32,200 nucleotides of DNA from Asterionella formosa (Eukaryota), in contig NKIB01000522.1 in the NCBI GenBank assembly GCA_002256025.1, positions 1 through 32,200 on the forward strand, read 5' to 3'. Every line of letters begins with the position of its first letter. Within the stretch, counting starts at the first letter, position 1. The position numbers and the translations under genes were made by a program. This document shows positions 20,637-30,227 of this stretch, one piece after another. Below the pieces are notes generated by a model. That model did no database searches, was not told the DNA's origin, and saw only the letters and a program-made list of their open reading frames with translations.

Positions 20637-22244
20637 ATGAAGACATCATCGCCACTTTCGCGGTTAGGAACCATTTTCCTCTTTTTCTGTCCTCTGTTGC
20701 TTCGAGCATTCGTTTACCGTCCTGCCTTTCGATCGGAGCACATGCACAATGCACTAGTCCTTCACATGGAATCATCGTCGCGCAGTAAACTGCCGTCCAG
20801 AAAGTCACTTCAAGATCGAACACAGCAAGAGACCGTCTCTCTCATACGAGACGTTTTCCAAGCCGCCCTTGAGGCTGGTCCGCGAGCTGGACCTGCGCGC
20901 ACATGGCAAGCATACATGGCCATAACCACAACGATTGCTGACTTTTTGCCGCCCAAGACTGAATCTTTTTCCGCCCCCGTTGCTCTACGCAAACTCTTTG
21001 AACGGTTGGGAGCTACTTACATTAAACTGGGACAGTTTGTTGCGTCAAGTCCGACCTTGTTTCCAGCAGACTACGTATTGGAGTTTCAAAAGTGCTTGGA
21101 TCAGACGGAATCGCTGCCGTGGAGTGTTATCAAACAAGTTATTGAACAAGAGTTGGGACCTATCTCGCGAACGTTTGCTTACATTGACCAAACGCCTCTG
21201 GCCTCCGCTAGCATTGCCCAGGTACATTGCGCCACATTGAGAACTGGTGAGCAGGTTGTCATCAAAGTACAGAAGCCTCAGATAGACGAATCTCTGAAGG
21301 CAGACTTGTCTTTTATTTATGTAGCATCACGAGTCTTGGAGTTCCTACAACCCGATTGGGAGCGAACGTCCTTATCGGCCATTGCGGGCGACATTCGTTC
21401 GAGCATGTTGGAAGAGTTAAATTTCCTTAAGGAAGCTACCAACATCGAGGAATTTAGAGTGTTTTTGCAAGAGAATGGATTGAGTGAGCAGGCAACAGCA
21501 CCACGGGTTTATAGAGAATTCACGACAAAGAAAGTTCTAACCATGGAGCGGTTGCGGGGTGTTAGTTTGTTGGACGCTGATGCCATTTCCAAAATAACAA
21601 CCGATGCTGAAGGGACCATTATCAAGGCGCTCAATGTGTGGACAACATCAGTCATGAACATGCCGTGGTTTCATGCAGATGTACATGCCGGGAACCTGTT
21701 GGTCTTGAATGATGGTCGAGTTGGTTTTATTGACTTTGGCATTGTTGGTCGAGTTAGTCCAAAGACATTCAACGCAGTGGGAGAGTTGAGTGCCGCATTA
21801 GCTCTTGGAGACTACCAAGCCATGGCCGTGGCTCTATGCAATATGGGAGCTACTGAGGAAAATGTCGACACAGTTAAGTTTGGGAAAGATATCAAGCAAG
21901 TTATGGTGAAGCTCGCGACTGTCCAAGCGGATGTGACGTTATCTGCCATGGGCGACGGGACAGTCGCTGGCAGTTTATCATTAGATGAGACAGCAGTCAC
22001 CAATGTCCTGTTGGAAATTGTGGCTGTCACCGAAGAAAATGGACTGAAGCTCCCTCGAGAGTTTGGTCTATTGGTGAAACAATCTCTTTACTTTGATAGG
22101 TACTTGAAGATTTTGGCCCCGAACCTCGACGTAATGGCCGATACTCGGGTGGGTGGAATTGGAGGGGGTACGACCGCGGAGAAGCCTTTGATTTTGAAAG
22201 CCAACAGGGCCAAATCCAGTGATGAAGTCGTCATTGATGTATAG
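20637..22244 (+). CDS. ABC1/UbiB/ADCK atypical kinase, probably plastid-targeted (ABC1K9-like)
   Basis: LGATYIKLGQF, PLASASIAQVH, VVIKVQKP, EELNF..EA, VLTMERL.G, FHADVHAGN, FIDFGIVG. Signal peptide ending LRA-F. Confidence 0.95.
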   Translation: MKTSSPLSRLGTIFLFFCPLLLRAFVYRPAFRSEHMHNALVLHMESSSRSKLPSRKSLQDRTQQETVSLIRDVFQAALEAGPRAGPARTWQAYMAITTTIADFLPPKTESFSAPVALRKLFERLGATYIKLGQFVASSPTLFPADYVLEFQKCLDQTESLPWSVIKQVIEQELGPISRTFAYIDQTPLASASIAQVHCATLRTGEQVVIKVQKPQIDESLKADLSFIYVASRVLEFLQPDWERTSLSAIAGDIRSSMLEELNFLKEATNIEEFRVFLQENGLSEQATAPRVYREFTTKKVLTMERLRGVSLLDADAISKITTDAEGTIIKALNVWTTSVMNMPWFHADVHAGNLLVLNDGRVGFIDFGIVGRVSPKTFNAVGELSAALALGDYQAMAVALCNMGATEENVDTVKFGKDIKQVMVKLATVQADVTLSAMGDGTVAGSLSLDETAVTNVLLEIVAVTEENGLKLPREFGLLVKQSLYFDRYLKILAPNLDVMADTRVGGIGGGTTAEKPLILKANRAKSSDEVVIDV

Positions 22245-22382
22245 TTTTTTTTTCGAAGTAATAGTAGCCCACATGTGCTGTGGATGCCTTGTCGGTCCGT
22301 GTGGTTTGTTCTGGTAGATTATGTAATTGGTCTAGAAGAAAAAGTAAAATCTCTAAATCTCTAGGATAGTAGCCACTAATAC

Positions 22383-22901
22383 TTAGTATCCACCTCCAGA
22401 ATGGCCGCCATCAAAATCCTCATCAGGCGAGATACTCACGGTCAAACCTTGTCGTTGCAGTCCCAAACAGAATTGCTCTGCCTGCTTCTTCCATGTCTTC
22501 GTGATTGTAGCCTTACCGATGCCGTGAGTTTGAACACATACCTCAAATGCAGCTTTTCTATCGAGCGTTCCAATGCATTTGGTTAAACTGCGAACGACGT
22601 ATTGAAAGGTGTGCACTTCATCGTTGTGTAAGACAACGCGCCACAATTCCTCCTTGTTCTTTTCTTCCTCTTCTTCAGTCTTTTCTTTGATGATAGTCTG
22701 CACTCCTTTCTTGGTAGTCTTGGACCTTTCTTGATCAGCCATGTAAAGTCTAGTTTCCCGGGATCTCACTGAAGGAGCAAGAAAGGCGGGGCCAGCAGAT
22801 GATCTCGTGGCTGGGCTAGCAATAGCCGAGAAAGCGCCGACAGATGAATAGGATGCCAACAGCATTATCTGAAAAAAGCCGAAAACAAAGTTCTTCATCA
22901 T
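22383..22901 (-). CDS. clpS: ClpS N-degron adaptor of Clp protease, plastid-targeted
   Basis: WRVVLHNDEVHTFQYVVRSL..AFEVCVQTHGIGKATI..AEQFCLGLQRQGLTVSISP. Signal peptide ending VGA-F plus Ser/Ala/Arg-rich transit peptide. Confidence 0.93.
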   Translation of the reverse strand: MMKNFVFGFFQIMLLASYSSVGAFSAIASPATRSSAGPAFLAPSVRSRETRLYMADQERSKTTKKGVQTIIKEKTEEEEEKNKEELWRVVLHNDEVHTFQYVVRSLTKCIGTLDRKAAFEVCVQTHGIGKATITKTWKKQAEQFCLGLQRQGLTVSISPDEDFDGGHSGGGY

Positions 22902-23140
22902 TATTGCTCTTGATTCTTGAAGAGAAAGCTTTTTGTTGTGTATACACGAAAGTTAGCGTAATATGGAGTGAGGAGGATCAGGGGAAGTTGAATGAAGGAA
23001 CAATGAAATAATTTCATGAAACAGTTCAACACCAAAGGAAAAGTTAAGATTTCCACATTTCTGGCGTCACACTCAACAATCCACGTGTTCACGGGCTACT
23101 GGTATATGCTTACAGTGTGTATCATCGTACATACTAGTAA

Positions 23141-23226
23141 TACCAGGTACCAGGTACCAGGTACCGGACTATTTGTTTAGAATAACACTACTCGGGGTAT
23201 GGAGTATAGTACTGGTACCAGGTACC
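23141..23226. repeat. (TACCAGG)n / GGTACC-rich tract upstream of clpS
   Basis: TACCAGGTACCAGGTACCAGGTACC at 23141-23165 and TGGTACCAGGTACCG at ~23213-23227. Similar tracts at 4427-4530, 11264-11332 and 29793-30120. Confidence 0.85.
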
Positions 23227-23265
23227 GTTGTCTACTAGTGTACCCATACTAAGGGCAGGTCTTAA

Positions 23266-24555
23266 CAGAGATATGGCTGGGTGCAACCCTGGAGAAACAA
23301 CGACCACCCATGAAAGTGAAGCTTCCACATATGCAAAAGATAGCAAGGCTCATTCTTGGGGGGGGGGGGGTGGGAAAGCTCCCCTAGGCATGATAGTGAC
23401 AAAGCGGTGGCCCCCCCACCCCCCCCCCACCCCCCCCCCCCCCCCCGCCACACCCCCCCCCCCCCCCCCCCCCCCAAAAGCTACCCTATGCATGATAGTG
23501 ACAAAGAGGAGGCACACACAATATGTTCTTCAACTGAAAAATCCTCGGAAGGTTGCAAGGGTTGGATTTCTTGGTATTCATGATGAGGGCGATTATTTTA
23601 TGATGATTCTGTTTGATTAGTCTTGTCATTTCCAGGGTGCAATAAGTGGCCTAACTTGAAAGGAGTTAGCTGATATTCACCTTCGCTTGAATTCACACCC
23701 CAATCTTAAATTCCCTTTGTCACCAGCTTGCAAACCAAAGGCACTTTATGAACTTCAATATTTTTGCTAGGCAGCAAACCCGCTGGATGCAGGTTTCAGG
23801 TTGAGGAACCACTTCTTTGCAAATATCAGCTCATTGAGATAACTGATGATGCAACTCGAGATACTATCAGTGATGCAGTGAAATAGGCGATGGAAATCTA
23901 TGCTAATGATGATGTTGAATACAACCCTGAACTTGTTCAAAATGTGCATGCTCGTGAGGCAGAATGAGGGATTATTATATCACTGCTCCAGGGTATCTCT
24001 GCGGAATCAATGCTATGTTCACATTGGGTTTGGCTGCAAGTTCCATCTCATCATATAATACCAAACATCCTCAAAAAGCTTTTCACTGATCACTTTTCAA
24101 ATAATCTATGCTTAAAAGCCAATTGTGGCCATATGATAAAATATCGTGGCTGGATCAATAGCGATCTGGCTGACTGCAACCATCACTCCTGTTTAGTCTT
24201 GCAAAGCTCTATGATAATAGACGAATCCAGGAACGCCAAGTCATGTTACTGCGTGTATAGCAGAGGAAGGTTTGCAGGTGGTAGGTGAATGAAATTGAGT
24301 GGTCTCGTGGATCCATCGAGAAATTCTATTCATTGCTCCAATTGCTTGCGATGCTCAAACTGGTGCTGGATCCGCGAAATCGCAATAAAGTACAAAGAAA
24401 AACGACGGTTGGTGATTGCCATTGTGATGGCAAAACAACAAGCATTTTGACATGCAAATATTTTAATAAAAGGATTAGGGGTATGTACAACTTATACTAG
24501 GTCTACATGGGCAACCCTACCCAATGTCCTCAAAGTTTGCAACCAGCCATACTGT
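23266..24555. mobile_element. Possible highly decayed TIR element
   Basis: CAGAGATATGGCTGGGTGCAACCCTGGAG (23266-23294) versus reverse complement CAGTATGGCTGGTTGCAAACTTTGAG ending ...ACTG|TA at 24555. The interior has no recognisable intact ORF. Confidence 0.35.
23358..23506. repeat. Poly-G and poly-C tracts with a 30-bp direct repeat
   Basis: G13 at 23358-23370; interrupted C-run 23411-23475; AAAGCT(C/A)CCCTA(G/T)GCATGATAGTGACAAAG at 23375-23404 and 23477-23506. Confidence 0.85.
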
Positions 24556-24870
24556 ACAAAAATTAAAAATATGTCACTCCGGCCGATTTTTGTATCTCAC
24601 ACATCTGGGTGGTAAGTTGCTTCCAGAAACACATTTTTTGTTGCTCCGAAATGTGTATTTGTTGTGTGTATCGCTGCAGATACAGGGCTATGCAACACTA
24701 GATTGATACATTTACTAATTTATGTTTTGTAATTAAATTAATCAACAAACACACCATTTTTATCTCAAACGGTAACAACGGAAACGAATTTTGGAAGGAG
24801 GGATCAACAGCAATTATTATCGCCACTCATGATGTAAATATACTTTTCATCACTTCTAAACCACTTGCGC

Positions 24871-25040
24871 TTGTTGTTGATGTTGTTGATGTTGTTTATG
24901 TTGTTTATGTTGTTGATGTTGTTGATGTTGTTGATGATGATAATGATGATAATGATGATAATGATGATAATGATGATAATGATGATAATGATGATGATGT
25001 TGATGATGTTGATGATGTTGATGCTGATGATGCTGATGTT
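24871..25040. repeat. Compound trinucleotide/9-mer microsatellite (GTT/GAT/AAT)
   Basis: (GTTGTTGAT)n grading into (GATGATAAT)n, then (GATGATGTT)n. Confidence 0.95.
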
Positions 25041-25199
25041 ACTTCTCACCATGGCATCATTTGATTTGTCAGACAATGAAGCTTACTCTGCACCAAGGAA
25101 ACTGGATGACCCGGCAGTGAGTCTGCTTTTTCATCTCCAGTCCCTACCGATATTTTATTGGATGATGATTCTGAAAGTCCCAGATTATCATTAAGAAAC

Positions 25200-26140
25200 G
25201 TGGATGACCTCCTAAGGATAAGAAAAAAGAAATGCTAAAACTTATCCCAAATGTACTAAGAAGCCTAGCACAAACCACTACCAAGTAATTAATTCTTGCT
25301 CTTTGATGAGAGAAATCGTCAAGATGTTTTGGATCTTGGGAATACACCAACTATAGTTGTGTGAGCTGGATGCAAGGAAATTTCCCGATAAAGCAGTTTG
25401 GGACAAGTTATTGAAAATACACATGAAAGAAACGATGGTACAGCTGGATCCATGGCCTTCAAACAGAACCAGCCAATTTGAATACCATGGAATTGATGAT
25501 AACTATCCCCTCGCTTTTGATATGTTGGATAGCAAACAATTGTCAGAGGTTATGGAATTTCTAAATGCGCATTACAGATCTGTTTCAATAATAACAAAGT
25601 TTCTGGTCAACACGACATTTTTGAAATTTTCACTCAAAACCATCCTTAAAACCGGCCTTATTGTTTGTCTTACTATCATTTATGGCTTCAACAGGTGCCA
25701 CATTTCCCGCGCCTACGCAGTACCAAGTTTAAGCAATGGTGTTGCTGCAGACAGTCTAATTCATGTTCTTGCAGAGGATGAAGTTGCCAAGCTCCTTGTT
25801 CAACGAAAAAAGGGAGAAAATATCGCGGCAATGAGTTTGAAAACACGTCCCAAGGGGTTGAAGCTCTCATAGAATTTTCAAAAGCAAAAGAACGCTGGCT
25901 GTACACAAATGACACTTGCCTCTCAAAGTTCCAATACAGAATTAGCACAAGCAACTCTTGCTGTAAAACAAGATGTTGTAAGTATGTACCGAGAAATTTT
26001 AAAGGAAGCTTGGGCTGAAGTAGTAAGTAATGAAGTGTCATAAAAATGTGATAATAAAGAGTATCAAGAGAATGTCAGTTTGTTGAATTTTTTGAAGCCA
26101 AACTTTTGAAGCTATGGATGCACTGACAAAGAATTCTGTA
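25200..26140 (+). pseudogene. Decayed ORF convergent with the Harbinger transposase, probably its accessory ORF
   Basis: Frameshifted coding-like pieces: FDMLDSKQLSEVMEFLNAHYR / FNNNKVSGQHDIFEIF..RPY..YYHLWLQQVP / AVPSLSNGVAADS. Position and orientation fit the two-ORF PIF/Harbinger layout. The identity is an inference. Confidence 0.45.
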
Positions 26141-26289
26141 ACTCTCATCCAGACAGCTGAGGATGGTGATCCTAATCATAATTAGTATATTTCTACTTTT
26201 AGTTGTAATTACCTTTAAATCAAATTTCTTCCAGTTATTTTTCGTCAGTCAGTTCATGTTGTCAGCGCAACATATTAGATGGAGGCTGC

Positions 26290-26790
26290 CTAAACCCATT
26301 GTTGGTGACAATATCAAGAATAATTTGCTGAAGCTGTTATGTACCTTGTAATAAATCCAATATCCTGAAAGTTGGAAGATAATCCCACCCAAGAGGAGCA
26401 TTGCGTATTGAATCAACAAGCTCCAAACTAGTCAGAAATTCAAAGTCATTGAAGCAAGTTCCTTTTTTTATCATCATCCATGAGTAGGCAAAATTGTGTA
26501 AGCGGGCACAAGCAGAAAGAATAGCAACTGATTTCTTCAGGCTAAAGGACAAGGATATCCTCAGGATCCTCCATTTATTGGTGAGCAACCCAAACGTCAT
26601 CTCAATTCTAATGCGTGGTTGCAAAACAAAATAGTTGTATAGAATATTTAATTATGAAGTGGTATCATACAAATAGTTTGACAATACACTATCACTACCA
26701 CCGAACACCACCATACATGCATACTTTCAGAATATGTCTGTTAGGCTGTTGATGTCGACAGTCCGAAGAGTAGATGTAGTCTGAGGAATG
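26290..26790 (-). pseudogene. PIF/Harbinger (HARBI1-like DDE) transposase C-terminal remnant
   Basis: YNYFVLQPRIRIEMTFGLLTNKWRIL..SVAILSACARLHNF matches the R..IE.AFG.L..KWRIL / C..LHNF signature. The upstream GD.AY region is degraded. Confidence 0.85.
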
Positions 26791-27258
26791 TCTAAATGGA
26801 AATAGACAGTATTTTAAATATAGAGCAGAATAGTAATATGCAAACGAGCGCGCGAGAAAGATCTTGACCGGTCATTCCAGGGCAGTACCGTTACTGGACC
26901 GCGCAAGAAGAAGCGCCATAAATTTCAACAACATACTACCGGAAACGGTACAACCACAACCCATCAGCCATCAGCCATCAGAGCCTTCCGCATTTCAATC
27001 ATGAACCGGTATCTCCATAAATCAATGTTAAAGCCGATGCATCAACCATTATTGCAAGATCATATTATAGCAGATAGCAGTCTAAGCGTACAGCAAACAA
27101 AGCAGCAGCAAGAAAATCGTTCGCTCGTCTGTGCTTTTCAAACCATGGGCTAGTGTAAAATTGCATTTTACATTTCTATATTTCAGGAATAGCAAACAAC
27201 TGACGCAACAAGCGAGGCCCCTACAACACACCGTTGAAAGCCAAAACGAACAATCAAG

Positions 27259-29448
27259 ATGAATGGAAGCATCGTAATGTTTTGGATTATTGCCTTGTTA
27301 TTGTTCTCACTGTCTGCCTCCCTGGTTCCGTTAGCGCCTGTCGCATCAAGATTCCATCGCTACTACGAACCGTCGTCATCTGCACTTCAAGTTTCCATAG
27401 ATCAAAGCGAGCGATTTGGTTTGGGAAATCATCTTAATGAATGCAAATTTTGTTCTTCCAATTTTGACTCTAGAAATGCTCTTTTTCGACATGTGCGAAC
27501 TGACCCATCATGTTCCACAAGAGCCAACGGTGGAATACCGGACGATCGATTGGTGACTACAATTCGACATATGCTGGCTCTTCAATTTTCCTATTGGGGA
27601 GCCGATTGTAGAGCCGATCTAGCAGGCGATGCGCTTGCTGAAGCCGCCAAACTGGCTATTGAGGGATACCTTCACGACAATATGAATTTTACCAACGCAT
27701 TCGTACAATACATTAGTAGTACTCAGTCTAGTGTCACAAAAATGAGACATCGAGCGCTGTCGCAAGAGGATGGATGTGCGGCTTCGGGGGATGTCATGAT
27801 TTTGAGTGTACAAGCCCCTGCAGCAATCAGTGCAATGGCAAGCAGCAACAGTCAACATCGCAACTTTCTCAAGGAGCTGATAATAAGGACAAACAGTGGA
27901 TTGGTGAACAGATCACAATGTGATGACATTCAAATTAGATTGGACGCTTGTAAATATCTCACTCCGGACTCAAGGTTGCATGCTGAGCGAAGTTGTACGC
28001 AACTAGTTTACCACTATTTGCTTCCACTTAGGTGGTTGCCAGACGGGTTGCAACTGGAGAGGTGGTGGCTTGATCATGAAATTCAAGATGCAAATGGCCA
28101 CAATAATCGTGCTTCGAGACGTCCCCCTACAGAGTCACTTAGATTCATGAAGGATGCATTGAGAAGTGGTGAAAGTGCCCAGCTGCCTCTTTTGTCAGAA
28201 GGCAATGCTCAAGATCCATTAATAAAGGTTGCCTCCGGGAGATTTGGAGCTCTTGCGACAAAGGAACGCCGTCCTTGGCACAACTTTGCAGACCCAAACC
28301 TTAAAGGTGATGCTAGTCCCAACAATGAACCAGTGTGGGTAGCGTTGGACAGGGCAAGGATGGTAAAATTCTTGCGTCATGAGCAACCTGGGAAGGAAAA
28401 TGATGAGATTGTTGCACTACTTGAATTTAGAGGTGATGCATTTCTACTGCAGCAAGTACGAAGGATCGTGGGAACAGCTGTTGCTGTGGCTCATGGCTGG
28501 CTACCTACAGATGTTTTTTCTGTATCAACCACTTCTGACAGCTTCATGGAAACACCGGTCGCGCCAGATGGTCGGTTGTATCTAGCAGAGTCCAAGTTTC
28601 ATTTTGATGAACTTAGAACTGATGGTAAGAGTTTATTCGAGTCAGATGCTATGGGTACTTCGGAGCGAAGCAACTATTTTTCAGTGGCAAATGGCCTTAT
28701 TGCCAAAGAGTTACTTCAAAATAGAAATGAACACAAGGAAAGTGAATCGGTATGGCTTAAGGACCTAGAAATCAATGTTGCTCCAAGAATCCGAGCTCAA
28801 CTGCTTTTGAAGGAAATGGCTGCACAAAATCTGGTTGACACAGCTGTCATCACCAATGTTGAAACCCCGACAATTTACTTGCGAGTGTTGGAATTACTGC
28901 GGACAATTATTGCCAATGACAGTTGGCCCGAAACTTCAGCAGCTCGATCTTCAGTGATCACTAATGTCACTGGAAAGCGACAATTAGAGAAGCAAAGAGA
29001 AATCACGAAAAAAGGATCTTTTACGGTTGTCAATCCCAATTTTCGGGATGGCCTTTACAAGAATGGAATTGCTGGTGATGCCCTTCCCCTTGGCAATACT
29101 CTATTTCCTGATCTGGTGAATGCAGTCTTTCAACTTGAATTGGCTTTGTCTGAAACCAGGTTTGATCCAACTTTATGTCCTAAACGCCCCGCTTCGTCTC
29201 ATTGTGCGATCAATGCCAATGCCCAGTTTGCACCTCATGTTGATTCAGGCCGAGGGGCTGGTCAGAGCCTTTCTATGATTGTTGGCCTTGGTGACTACAA
29301 TGGCGGAGAGCTTGCAGTTGAAGGGGACTATTATGACATTAGGTACAAGCCACTACAGTTTGATGGATGGAAACTTCGACATTGGACAAATCCATTTGCA
29401 GGTGAACGCTTTTCATTGGTTTGGTTCACCCCAGAACAAAAGGACTAA
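27259..29448 (+). CDS. Fusion protein: targeting peptide + C2H2-type zinc finger + TruA/Pus1-like domain + C-terminal 2OG-Fe(II) dioxygenase
   Basis: CKFCSSNFDSRNALFRHV. TruA-fold motifs LHAERSCTQLVYHYLLP, WHNFA, FRGDAFLLQQVRRIVG, PVAPDGRLYL. Dioxygenase motifs AINANAQFAPHVD..IVGLGDYNGGEL..FDG..RHWTNPFAGERFSLVWF. Intact intronless 729-aa ORF. Confidence 0.88.
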   Translation: MNGSIVMFWIIALLLFSLSASLVPLAPVASRFHRYYEPSSSALQVSIDQSERFGLGNHLNECKFCSSNFDSRNALFRHVRTDPSCSTRANGGIPDDRLVTTIRHMLALQFSYWGADCRADLAGDALAEAAKLAIEGYLHDNMNFTNAFVQYISSTQSSVTKMRHRALSQEDGCAASGDVMILSVQAPAAISAMASSNSQHRNFLKELIIRTNSGLVNRSQCDDIQIRLDACKYLTPDSRLHAERSCTQLVYHYLLPLRWLPDGLQLERWWLDHEIQDANGHNNRASRRPPTESLRFMKDALRSGESAQLPLLSEGNAQDPLIKVASGRFGALATKERRPWHNFADPNLKGDASPNNEPVWVALDRARMVKFLRHEQPGKENDEIVALLEFRGDAFLLQQVRRIVGTAVAVAHGWLPTDVFSVSTTSDSFMETPVAPDGRLYLAESKFHFDELRTDGKSLFESDAMGTSERSNYFSVANGLIAKELLQNRNEHKESESVWLKDLEINVAPRIRAQLLLKEMAAQNLVDTAVITNVETPTIYLRVLELLRTIIANDSWPETSAARSSVITNVTGKRQLEKQREITKKGSFTVVNPNFRDGLYKNGIAGDALPLGNTLFPDLVNAVFQLELALSETRFDPTLCPKRPASSHCAINANAQFAPHVDSGRGAGQSLSMIVGLGDYNGGELAVEGDYYDIRYKPLQFDGWKLRHWTNPFAGERFSLVWFTPEQKD

Positions 29449-29792
29449 GCCATACAATTGGGGTTGTTCATCACATTCTTAACTTTGATTTAATGCTTTT
29501 GTAGGAAAAGGGGAAGAATCTGTTGCTGAGACATTTGATTTGACCTTGCCAACCACAGCCGCTGGGAGAAAAATCCATAGATTCCTTCCCTGGTCCTGTC
29601 TCATCATTTACTTTGGAGTTTGAATTTTTTCAGCCTAATACTTGAACAAGTAGGTTGCTAGACAACTGACAGATTGGTTGTAGCCTTGTCAGTATTGTAG
29701 TTTTTTGTACAGATGGTGTGAAAGATGACTCAGCCAGGGAAGCAAATTGAAATGTTCATGGAATCATGAGCCCATTGTTTGCCCAATTGTCA

Positions 29793-30120
29793 TACCGGTA
29801 GCTCTATGTATATACTGACATACTGGTATTCTATTGTACGACACCCTGATGCGGGTCCCATGTTACCTGGTTACCTGGTACCAGGTAATATGTACTATGT
29901 AGGGTGTATAATACCGGTACCCGGTTGACCTGCTGCTTCTGGAGCAGTATGGAATCCAATGCTGCAGTTCACCGGTACTTTCACCGACCTCTGTAGTGGA
30001 GTATAGTAAATATATATGTCTGTACCTGGTGCCAGGTGCCAGGTACCTGGAATACCATCTAACATATACCTATGTAACGGTAGCTACCCGGTATACCAAC
30101 GATAGGTACGTACCGGTATA
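29793..30120. promoter_or_regulatory. GGTACC/TACCGGTA/TACCTGG-rich tract upstream of SEC31 (putative promoter-associated repeat)
   Basis: Many TACCGGTA, TACCTGGT and CCAGGTAC motifs within 100-430 bp of the SEC31 ATG. The regulatory role is inferred from position only. Confidence 0.4.
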
Positions 30121-30171
30121 TACACCACAATAACGCACAGAAACAGTTTAGTTATTGCAGCTCCTCTTCCT

Positions 30172-30207
30172 CTCGCTGTTCCTGTCGCTGTTCCTGTCGC
30201 TGTCGCT
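30172..30207 (+). repeat. 12-bp tandem repeat in the SEC31 5' region
   Basis: (TCGCTGTTCCTG) twice, followed by TCGCTGTCGCT. Confidence 0.8.
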
Positions 30208-30227
30208 CAATACTGTAAACGAATAGC

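Noticed and set aside
23228..23620. Pro-rich and Gly-rich ORFs
   Set aside because: Produced by C/G homopolymers; no domain signal.
24804..25194. ORFs with poly-I/N (minus) and poly-M/L (plus)
   Set aside because: Translation artefacts of the trinucleotide microsatellite.
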